Positions 36,520 through 45,800 of a stretch of 64,000 nt of DNA are shown here, piece by piece. The stretch lies in the NCBI GenBank assembly GCA_965206595.1, contig OZ242214.1:2976001-3040000 (forward strand), in the 5' to 3' direction. The DNA is from Candidatus Latescibacterota bacterium (GTDB lineage Bacteria; Latescibacterota; UBA2968; UBA8231). Numbering within the stretch: position 1 is the stretch's first letter; every line of letters starts with the position of its first letter. The notes beneath the pieces were generated by a model that ran no database searches, had not been told where the DNA came from, and worked only from the letters and a program-made list of their open reading frames with translations. Position numbers and translations under genes: made by a program.

Positions 36520-39372
36520 ATGAAAACCCCCGCTCTGCATTCCGCCTCTTTGGCGTGGCTCGCTCTCGTGCTCTCGACGCCGGCGGTCGGCCATGCTTCG
36601 CCTCCGTCGTTCCCTGAGATGCCATTCCGCCAGCAAATCGATTTAGAGCAGCGGGAGCGCGATCATACTCCCCGCCCTGCCGCCAAGCGGCTGGCGGAGG
36701 CGGACGCCGGCGACCCCCGCACCGTGCGCCTCATCTACTTCCTGCCCAACGATCGCTCGTTCAACTCCGACGTGGTTGACTCGATGAAAACGGGGATTCG
36801 CCGCATTCAGACCTTTTATAGCGAGCAGATGGAGGCCAACGGCTATGGCAATAAAACTTTCCAGTTTGAAACCGACGATCAGGGCGAACCGATGGTTCAC
36901 CGCGTCGATGGTCCATACCCCGAGAGCGAATATTTTTTCGCTTACCGCCTGGTTGGTGCGGGTAATGTGAAGCGGGATGTGGGACAGGCGTTTGATTTCA
37001 GGAGGAACATTTTCTTTATCGTTGTTGACCATAGCACACGTAACCTCTGGGACAATGTCAGAGGTATCGCAGGCCACTTGTCAAAAGAGGGCGGATTTGC
37101 GCTGGTTCCCAGCGACTTCGACTTCGCAACGGCAGCCCATGAACTGGGACATGCCTTCGGCTTGCAGCACGATTTTCGCGATGGTGTCTTCGATGGTGGG
37201 TACATCATGTCCTTTGGCCAAGGACCGGATCGGTTATCGGCGTGCAGTGCCGGGATTTTGGCCGTGCATCCCTACTTCAATCCCGATGTCCCGACTGCGG
37301 TGCAAACCCCACCGACTATCGACCTCGTTTCCTCACTCAGATTTCCAGCCGGCTCAACGAGCTTTTCCGTTCAACTCAGAGTCAGTGTGAATTTCTTCGT
37401 CGATGTTTTTCGCCCTGAGCTGAAGCCGCCGGATCTTCATCAGGTATCTCTATTCGTCAAGACAGGGGGAACAGATGCCGCAGCCGGATTCCGTGAAGTG
37501 AAATTCTGTCATGTATTGTCGGGTGTACAAGATACTGTTGTTGTATTCGATTATGACGGGATTATTCCGTCTGAGGGATCTGCGAGTCTATCCACCTCCG
37601 TTACACAGTATATTGCCGTAGAAGCGATCGATACCAAGGGAAATGTGCGCCAAGCGCACTTTCTCCTGGCGGAAGATTCGCCACATCATATCACTACTTT
37701 GAAGGGGCCTACCTCGCCGGAGGTCTATGGTGCGAAATTCTCACCCGATGGGACCCTCCTTGCCGTACACGCATCCTCCGGGATCGCAATATGGGACGCG
37801 GCGACGCGAACCTATATCGCTGGGCTAAGTCAGCGGAGCGTCTCTTCGGTCGTGTTTTCGCCCGACGGGACCCTCCTCGCTTCCGGGTCTTACAGCCCTT
37901 CCGAGGCCAATATCAAGCTGTGGGACGTGGCGACCCGAACCCTCGTCGCCACCCTGGAGGGACATTTGGGGGGACCTACGGGGGTGCTTTCGCTGTCGTT
38001 TTCGCCCGATGGAGCCCTCCTCGCTTCCGGGTCAGGGGATCAAACGATCAAGCTGTGGGATGTGGCGACACGAACCCATCTCGCCACCCTCGAAGGGCAT
38101 ACAAGTCATGTCTATTCTGTTGCATTTTCACCCGATGGGACGCTCGCTTCCGGGTCGCGGGATGGCACGGTCAAGCTGTGGGATGCGGCGACCCGAACCA
38201 GTGTCGCCACCCTCGAGGGAGGTACGGGCCGGGTTCTCGATGTGTCGTTTTCACCCGATGGGACGACCCTTGCTTCGAGCACTGATGGCGCGATCCTGCT
38301 GTGGGACATGGCGACCAGAACACAGACCGCCACCCTGGATGGGCGTGGCGACGCGTCGTTTTCCGCCGATGGGTCGACCCTTGCCTCCGGGGGAGGAGGG
38401 TACACGGTTCTGTGGGATATGGCGACCAGAGAACAGATCGCCACGCTCGGGCATGCGGGCCGGCTGAGGGATCCCGACGGGTATTGGGTCAACGGGGTGT
38501 TCTCGCCCAATGGGGCTCTGCTCGCTTCAGTATCAATAGACGGGGTACAACTGTGGGATGCGTCGGCGTGGACGCGAACCCCGCCTCATACACTGGTGAA
38601 GATCTCCGGCGATGACCAGCAGGGTACGCCCGGTGCCGCATTGGCGAACCCGTTTGTCGTTGACGTGAGAGATCAGGGCGGTTCGGGGTATGCCGGGGCG
38701 GCCGTCACCTTTGCGGTCACTGCCGGGGGTGGTTCGCTCAGTTCCTCGGCGGAGACGACCGATGCCAGCGGCCGGGCCGCCAGCACGCTGACCTTGGGGA
38801 GCCAGCCGGGGACGAATACCGTGGAGGTGAGCGTGGCCGGGCTTACGCCGGTGACTTTTACCGCCGTCGGGCAAGCTAGCGGCCAAACGGCGACCGATTT
38901 CAACGGCGACGGCAAGACGGATTTCGTCGACTTCTTCCTCTTTGCCGATGCCTACGGCGGCACCGATTCCCGCTTCGACCTCGACGGCAGCGGCACCGTC
39001 GATTTCGTCGACTTCTTCAAATTCGTCGATGCCTTCGACCAGCCGGGGCAAGCCAAGCTGCTGGCACTGGCCCAGGAGATATTCGGGCTGCCTTTGGAAA
39101 CCCAGTTGCAGCAGAACTGGCCCAATCCGTTCAACAGCGAAACCGTCATTTCCTGGTTCCGTTTGGAGCCGGGTCCGGCGCGACTGGAGGTATTCTCCCT
39201 TACCGGGCAGCGGGTGGCGGTCCTGCGCCAGGGTCGGGAGAAGGCGGGACGCCACCGCGTTCACTGGGCAGGCCGGGACGACGAGGGCCGTCCCATGGCT
39301 GGCGGGGTCTACCTGTACCGGCTGGTGACGGCCGAAGGCGTCCTGACCCGCAAGCTCACCCTGCTGCGGTGA
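36520..39372 (+). CDS. Exported metallopeptidase + WD40 + Big_1-like Ig + dockerin-like + sorting tail
   Basis: RBS aggag; HELGHAFGLQHD; WD40 block closely similar to 27617-30877; 'ISGDDQQG...TTDASGRA..TLTLG' Ig domain. Confidence 0.9.
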   Translation: MKTPALHSASLAWLALVLSTPAVGHASPPSFPEMPFRQQIDLEQRERDHTPRPAAKRLAEADAGDPRTVRLIYFLPNDRSFNSDVVDSMKTGIRRIQTFYSEQMEANGYGNKTFQFETDDQGEPMVHRVDGPYPESEYFFAYRLVGAGNVKRDVGQAFDFRRNIFFIVVDHSTRNLWDNVRGIAGHLSKEGGFALVPSDFDFATAAHELGHAFGLQHDFRDGVFDGGYIMSFGQGPDRLSACSAGILAVHPYFNPDVPTAVQTPPTIDLVSSLRFPAGSTSFSVQLRVSVNFFVDVFRPELKPPDLHQVSLFVKTGGTDAAAGFREVKFCHVLSGVQDTVVVFDYDGIIPSEGSASLSTSVTQYIAVEAIDTKGNVRQAHFLLAEDSPHHITTLKGPTSPEVYGAKFSPDGTLLAVHASSGIAIWDAATRTYIAGLSQRSVSSVVFSPDGTLLASGSYSPSEANIKLWDVATRTLVATLEGHLGGPTGVLSLSFSPDGALLASGSGDQTIKLWDVATRTHLATLEGHTSHVYSVAFSPDGTLASGSRDGTVKLWDAATRTSVATLEGGTGRVLDVSFSPDGTTLASSTDGAILLWDMATRTQTATLDGRGDASFSADGSTLASGGGGYTVLWDMATREQIATLGHAGRLRDPDGYWVNGVFSPNGALLASVSIDGVQLWDASAWTRTPPHTLVKISGDDQQGTPGAALANPFVVDVRDQGGSGYAGAAVTFAVTAGGGSLSSSAETTDASGRAASTLTLGSQPGTNTVEVSVAGLTPVTFTAVGQASGQTATDFNGDGKTDFVDFFLFADAYGGTDSRFDLDGSGTVDFVDFFKFVDAFDQPGQAKLLALAQEIFGLPLETQLQQNWPNPFNSETVISWFRLEPGPARLEVFSLTGQRVAVLRQGREKAGRHRVHWAGRDDEGRPMAGGVYLYRLVTAEGVLTRKLTLLR

Positions 39373-39482
39373 TTGGATCGGCCAACCTTGAGCATTGAGA
39401 ATTAGCCTAAAACGTCCATCCGGACGAAAGCAAATTGTGAGCCCTCGAGTTGAAGAACTCGATCAAAAAAAGGAGGAATAAG

Positions 39483-40055
39483 GTGAAAATACTCCATTTG
39501 TTCAGCGTCGTCTCCCTATTGTCCTGTGTCTTGCAGGCGGGATGCGACTATGCCAAACCCACCGATGTCGAGGAGGTGGACAAGAAAGTAGAGACACTCC
39601 GGCAGCAGTTGAACCAACAGGAAGAGGAACTACAGAAGCAGTTGAACCAACAGGAAGAAGCGGTGCAGGAGCGATTGAGCAATTGGGAAATTGTATTCGC
39701 ACTGATCGGCGCCAATTTTTTGGATATGGGGCAAGTAAGATCTGAATCTCCCACACACGGAGTACTCACAACCAACGAGGTTCACGTCTACGAATTCAAC
39801 CAGGATGAGAACCGTGAAGTGACCATTGTTCTGGACGGATCGGGTGACATTGTTTTTTCGCTTCTTCGAGAAATGAACGACGGTAGTTTCGATAACTTCG
39901 GCCGCTTCGATCAGGACTTTGATTCAACATACAGAACCGGTTGGGACGCTTCTATTTTCAATGGGACATTGGAAGCGGCCACATACCTGATCATCGTTGA
40001 GGCATATTCCTTTGAAGAAGAGCTTCAATACCGGATTTCTTTTGCCTTTCCGTAG
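39483..40055 (+). CDS. Lipoprotein with short coiled coil and PPC-like beta domain
   Basis: RBS aggagg + GTG; lipobox LQAGC; duplicated 'QLNQQEE'; 'VHVYEF...GTLEAATYLIIVEAY' resembles pre-peptidase C-terminal domains. Confidence 0.75.
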   Translation: MKILHLFSVVSLLSCVLQAGCDYAKPTDVEEVDKKVETLRQQLNQQEEELQKQLNQQEEAVQERLSNWEIVFALIGANFLDMGQVRSESPTHGVLTTNEVHVYEFNQDENREVTIVLDGSGDIVFSLLREMNDGSFDNFGRFDQDFDSTYRTGWDASIFNGTLEAATYLIIVEAYSFEEELQYRISFAFP

Positions 40056-40150
40056 CCCAACCGAGGCGGCCCTTGGAACGACGCTTGTATATGTTGAATA
40101 GAGCGATAGCCCTGGCAGTTCCATGTAAACCCCGTTGACAGGAGCTTCTT

Positions 40151-42751
40151 ATGAAAACCATGATTTTCATTCGAAACAAATTCCTTTCGGTTCTCGTGGT
40201 GATTTTGATGATATGTGCCCTGCAGGACCATTGCTACGCCGGGGGGGTCTTTGACGTCGTTGGTGACGTCGTTGGCGGCGTTGGTGATGCGGTCGGGGCT
40301 GTTGGTGATGCGGTCGGGGCTGTCGGTGAGGCCGTCGGGGCTGTCGGTGAGGCCATCGGAGTAGTAGTCGGTGCAGTCAGCCTCGTCGCCGGAGTGGTCG
40401 ACTTAAGCGTCAGCCTTGTTACCACTCTCATCGGGCATACGGATTGTGTTTTGACCACGGCTTTCAGTCTGGATGGGGCGACTCTGGCGAGTGGGAGTTG
40501 CGACTTGACAATTCGTTTATGGGATGTCTTCACCGGGACAACCACCTTCATTTTGCGGCATGCGTCTCCCGTTTCGAGTACCGCCTTCTGTCCCCTCGAT
40601 GGCTGTATGCTGGCCAGTGGGACCGAGGATGGGAAAATACACCTGTGGAACCCTGACACCGGGAAACTCAACACCACTCTCACGGGACATACTGCGAGTG
40701 TCTTGAGCACGGCCTTCCATCCCTTTCAGGGCGTCTTTGCCAGTGGAAGTGCGGATTCCACCATCCGTCTTTGGGATGCGAATACCGGTGCCCACCTGCA
40801 GACATTTACCGGACATGCGGATAGTGTTTTAGGTGTCGCCTTCCATCCCGCGGGGGCCTTGTTGGCCAGTAGCAGTGCGGACGCCACTATCCGTCTTTGG
40901 GATGCGAGAACGGGTATTCTCCGGCGTACACTCACCGAACATACGGGGCCCGTAGCAAGCGTCGCTTTCAGTCCCGCCGGAGCCGTGCTGGCAAGCTGCA
41001 GTGCAGACAGCACAGTGCGCTTGTGGGACCCAGCCACTGGCGAACACCTGGCAACTCTCCACCACCCTTCTCCTGTCTTGAGCGTGGCCTTCAGTCCCGC
41101 CGGGGACCTATTGGTCAGTGGGAGTACAGACGGCACCGTGAATTTGTGGGACCCCCTCACCCGGAACCTCAAAGGCGCCCTTGGGCATGGGTCCCCTGTA
41201 ATGAGTGTGGCTTTCAGTCCTGATGGCGGCCTGCTCGCCGGCGGGACCGAGGAGGGTCTGGTCCTCCAATGGCAATTCGTATCCGCACCCAAAATTACCA
41301 GATTCCTCAACAACGACTTCAACACTCTGGAGGCCGCGGGGAACGAATATCCCGAGGGTCTCTGGTCTGACGGCACTACCATGTGGGTTGCAGACTACTC
41401 GGATGGAAAGATTTTCGCCTACGGCGTGAACACCAAGGACCGGGTCCCCGCAAAGGACTTCAACACCCTGAGAGCCGCTGGTAACTCTTTTCCCGGCGGC
41501 CTCTGGTCCAACGGCACTACCATGTGGGTGGCAGACTACCAGGATGGAAAGATTTACGCCTACGGCGTGAACACCAAGGACCGGGTCCCCGCAGCGGACT
41601 TCAACACCCTGGAAGCCGCTGGAAATGAACATCCCCGCGGTCTCTGGTCCGACGGCACTACCATGTGGGTGGCGGACTACTCGGATGGAAAGATTTTCGC
41701 CTACGACATGAACACCAAGGTCCGGGTCCCCGCAAAGGAAATCAACACCCTGGTAGCCGCAAATAACTACACTCCCCGCGGTCTCTGGTCCGACGCCACC
41801 ACCATGTGGGTGGCGGACTACTCGGATGGAAAGATTTTCGCCTACGACATGAACACCAAGGCCCGGGTTCCAGCAAAGGAAAACAACACCCTGAAATCCG
41901 CTGGAAACCGCTATCCCCAAGGCCTCTGGTCCGACGGCACCATCATCTGGGTGGCAGACGGATCGGATGACAAGCTGTATGCATACAGTCTGCTGGCCGG
42001 TCCCAGCTACGACAGCCCCTGCGCTACAGGAGGGGTGGTGCCCAACGCGGCAAGCAACCCGAGGCTGGTGTCCGACTGCGAGGCGCTGCTGGCGGTTGGG
42101 GACTCCCTGGCGGAAACGGGTACACTGAATTGGTCGGAAAGCATTTCCATCGGCAGCTGGGACGCCGTGACCATCGGCGGAACTCCTCCGCGGGTAACAC
42201 GGCTCGAGCTCGCAAGCAGAGGTTTGACCGGGACGGTACCTGCGGAGTTGGGACGCCTGACCAACCTGAAAGCCCTGAAGCTCTCCGGAAACAGGCTGTC
42301 CGGGACCATACCTGCGGAGTTGGGACGCCTGACCAACCTGAAAGCCCTGAGCCTTTCAAGGAACCAGTTGACCGGGTGCATTCCTGCCGGCCTGGGCGAT
42401 GTGCCTGAGAATGACCTGAAAAAGCTACATCTTCCCAATTGCGGTCCAGCGCCAAAAATGATCGGCTTTCCTGTCGAAACGCAGTTGCTGCAGAACGTCC
42501 CCAATCCATTCAACAGCGAAACCGTTATCGCCTACTCCCTGCCTAAACCGGGTCCGGCGCGACTGGAGGTATTCGCCCTTACCGGGCAGCGGGTGGCGGT
42601 CCTGCATCAGGGACCGCGGCAGGCCGGGTACCACCGCCTTCACTGGGACAGCCGCGACGACGAGGGCCGGCCCCTGGGCAGCGGCGTCTACCTGTACCGC
42701 CTGGTGACGGGGGAGGGTGTGTTGACGCGAAAACTCACCCTGCTGCGATAA
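40151..42751 (+). CDS. Exported WD40 + five WSDGTTMW repeats + short LRR + sorting tail (no dockerin)
   Basis: RBS aggag; paralog of 11891-14230 over its N-terminal two-thirds; 'LSGTIPAELGRL' LRRs; ends RKLTLLR. Confidence 0.9.
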   Translation: MKTMIFIRNKFLSVLVVILMICALQDHCYAGGVFDVVGDVVGGVGDAVGAVGDAVGAVGEAVGAVGEAIGVVVGAVSLVAGVVDLSVSLVTTLIGHTDCVLTTAFSLDGATLASGSCDLTIRLWDVFTGTTTFILRHASPVSSTAFCPLDGCMLASGTEDGKIHLWNPDTGKLNTTLTGHTASVLSTAFHPFQGVFASGSADSTIRLWDANTGAHLQTFTGHADSVLGVAFHPAGALLASSSADATIRLWDARTGILRRTLTEHTGPVASVAFSPAGAVLASCSADSTVRLWDPATGEHLATLHHPSPVLSVAFSPAGDLLVSGSTDGTVNLWDPLTRNLKGALGHGSPVMSVAFSPDGGLLAGGTEEGLVLQWQFVSAPKITRFLNNDFNTLEAAGNEYPEGLWSDGTTMWVADYSDGKIFAYGVNTKDRVPAKDFNTLRAAGNSFPGGLWSNGTTMWVADYQDGKIYAYGVNTKDRVPAADFNTLEAAGNEHPRGLWSDGTTMWVADYSDGKIFAYDMNTKVRVPAKEINTLVAANNYTPRGLWSDATTMWVADYSDGKIFAYDMNTKARVPAKENNTLKSAGNRYPQGLWSDGTIIWVADGSDDKLYAYSLLAGPSYDSPCATGGVVPNAASNPRLVSDCEALLAVGDSLAETGTLNWSESISIGSWDAVTIGGTPPRVTRLELASRGLTGTVPAELGRLTNLKALKLSGNRLSGTIPAELGRLTNLKALSLSRNQLTGCIPAGLGDVPENDLKKLHLPNCGPAPKMIGFPVETQLLQNVPNPFNSETVIAYSLPKPGPARLEVFALTGQRVAVLHQGPRQAGYHRLHWDSRDDEGRPLGSGVYLYRLVTGEGVLTRKLTLLR

Positions 42752-42888
42752 TGGATCCCAACCCTGAATCCGGGCCACAACCGGGATTCTTACGAAGTCG
42801 CCGTCCTTGAAAGCCCAAGCGGAGAAACCAAAACAGGATCGCACGCATTGCGCGCCGCGGCTTCCAAATGAGACGGAGAGTTACAGAA

Positions 42889-45800
42889 GTGAAGCATAGC
42901 CCCAAAAAAGCCTTCGTTCTTCATTCCGCTTTCTTTGCGATAGCCAGCTTCACTCTCTTGCGGCCGCCGGCCGCCCATGCTTCTCCCCCGCCGGCCGACA
43001 GCGTGCATTTCTGCGCCTTCGACCACGAGCAGTGGCGGCGTGATCATCCGCGGCCTGCGGCCAAGCGGCTGGCGGACCTGAACGTCGGCGAACCCCGCAC
43101 CGTGCGGATGATCTACTTCCTGCCGAACGACTGGCCGTATCGCGCCGTGGTGGTCGATTCGATGAAGACGGTGATCAAGCAGAGTCAGAGCTTCTATGCC
43201 GAGCAGATGCAGGCGCACGGCTACGGCGACTGGACCTTCCGCATCGAGACCGATGCCCAGGACGAGCCGCTGGTGCATCATGTCGATGGCCAGCATCCCT
43301 TCAGCCATTACGACAACACCCTCGGTACCGCGGTGGTTGCCGAGCTTGAGCAGACGTTCGATCTCGATGCGAACATCTACTTCATCGTACTCGGCACCGA
43401 TGCCCTTCGCCAGGGGAACGGTCAGCCTGCGGGTGGAGTCGGGAGCCGACGGACGAAGAACGGCGGTCATCTGGTGGTACCGGATAGATTCGGTTTCTTC
43501 ACGGTGACCCATGAGCTGGGGCATACCTTCGGATTGTACCACGATTTCAGGGACAACCGATTCATCATGTCGTATGGATTTGATCAGCGCGGGGTCCTGT
43601 CTGCGTGTGCTGCCGAATTTTTGTCCGTGCATACGTACTTCAATTCCGCTATCCCGATTGCAGAGGGGCAGCCGCCAACCGTCGAGATCATTTCGAGCAC
43701 CAGATATCAGCCCGGCACAACAAGCGTCCCGGTTCAGCTCCAGGTCAGGGATTCGGAGGGGCTTCACCAGGTGAGCCTGATTGGCAACGCGAAGCCGTGT
43801 CGTGGATTGGCGGGTGAAGGAGATGCCGTCGTCGAGTTCGACTATGATGGCAGTTTTTGGGCAGGTGGCTTTACGAACCTTTCTGACCAACCCAGGCATC
43901 ACATGCTCATTGTCGCCGTCGATGGCAAAGGGAATGTGAGCGAGACGAATTCGTTCCTTACGGAAATTTCGCCCTACAAGATCGCTACACTGAGGGCGCA
44001 TATGGATTGGGTCAATGCAGTGGCGTTTTCGTCCGATGGAACCCTCGCCTCCGGGTCAGGATCATATGAGTTGAATGATGCATCGGTCAGGCTGTGGGAC
44101 GTGGAGAGCCGGAAAGAAATCGCCATCCTCGACGAGTATACGTCTGCAGTTACTTCGGTAGCCTTTTCCCGCGATGGGACGCTCGCTTCCGTGTCTTTTT
44201 TTGATGGCATCAAGCTGTGGGACGTTGTGCTTCGAAAGGAGATTGCCACCCTGAAGGGGAGGTCTCCCGTGGCAATTTCGCCCGATGGGTCCCTGCTCGC
44301 CTCTCCCTCAGAGTCGGGGGACCACACGATCAAGCTGTGGGACATGAGAACCCGACGGGAGATCGCCACCTTCGTAGGACATACAAGACAGATCAATGCG
44401 TTAGCGTTTTCGCCCGACGGGACCCTTCTCGCTTCCGGGTCAGGGGAAGATGATTCCCCTGATAAAGAAGACCTGACGGTCAGGCTTTGGGACGTGGCCG
44501 CACAAACAGAAGTCGCCACTCTGAGAGGACATTCGGATGGGGTCTGGGCGGTAGCGTTTTCCTCCAATGGCACTCTCCTGGCTTCGGGAGGGGGGTGGAA
44601 TGACTCCACCGTCAAGCTGTGGGACGTGGCGACACAAACAGAAGTCGCCACTCTGAGAGGGCATTCGTTTGGGGTCCGGGGGGTAGCGTTTCCTCCCGAT
44701 GGCGCCATCCTGGCTTCGGGAGCAGGGGACTTCACGGTCAGATTGTGGGACATGGGGAGTTTAAAAGAGGTCGCCACTTTCATAGAGCATACATGGACGG
44801 TCAAGTCAGTGGCCTTTTCCCCCGACCGGACCACCCTTGCATCCGGATCAATGGATAGTACGGTGATTTTGTGGGATGTGTCCGAGTGGACGGGACCCCG
44901 TCCTTTCGCCCTGGAGATCATCTCCGGCGACGGACAGCAGGGTGCCCCCGGGGCGGTTCTACCCCATCCCTTGGTCGTGGAAGTGCGGGACCAGTATGGC
45001 GATCTCCTGCCGGAGGCCACCGTCACCTTCACGGTCACGGCCGGCGAAGGCAAGCTGAGCGGCCGCTATTCAGTGGAGCATACCACCACCGATGCCGACG
45101 GCCGGGCAGAACTGACCCTTACCCTGGGCCCCAACCCGGGGCCGAACATCGTGGGCGTGTCCCTTGGCGGGCGCGAGCTGGAGACGTTTCATGCCAAGGG
45201 CGTGGGCACCGCCGTGGCGGAGTTGGAGGGGGACTACCGGACCTGGCATCTGCCCGAGGGGGCGACGGTGCGTCTGGGTAAGGGCGCTCTGGGGGAAAGC
45301 GACCGGGCGGTGGCCCTTTCGGCGGATGGCCGCTGCCTGGCCGTGGCCAGCGCCATCGGGGTGTGGCTGTACGAGGCGGCCACGTCCCGGGCCCTGGCAC
45401 TGCTGCCGACGGAGAGTGCGGTCCATTCGGTAGCGTTCTCCCTCGACGGCACCTTGGCCGCCGGGTTGGATAACGGCCAGGTCGAGCTGTGGGAGGTGGA
45501 GACCGGGGAGCGGATCGGCACCCTGAGGCATGCGAATTGGGGAGGGGTCACTGTGACGTTCTCGCCGGATGGGACGAGGCTGGCTTCCGGGTCATTGGAG
45601 CAGGTCATCAAGGTGTGGGATATCGAGACCAGACGCGTGGCCGGCACCTGGGAGGTGGCGCGGGACAGCGATTCGTATTGGGACATCCCCGTGGCCTTCT
45701 CGCCGGACGGGTCGAGGCTGCTCTCGGGATTTCAGGACGGCACGGTGCGGCTGTGGGACGTGGCGACACAGACAGAGGTCGTCACGCTGGAAGGGCACAC

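Noticed and set aside
39405-39432. Hammerhead-like gtcc-atcc-ggac-gaaa; also isolated ctgatgag at 50186 and 52987
   Set aside because: The CUGANGA and GAAA cores are not arranged around a common stem II.
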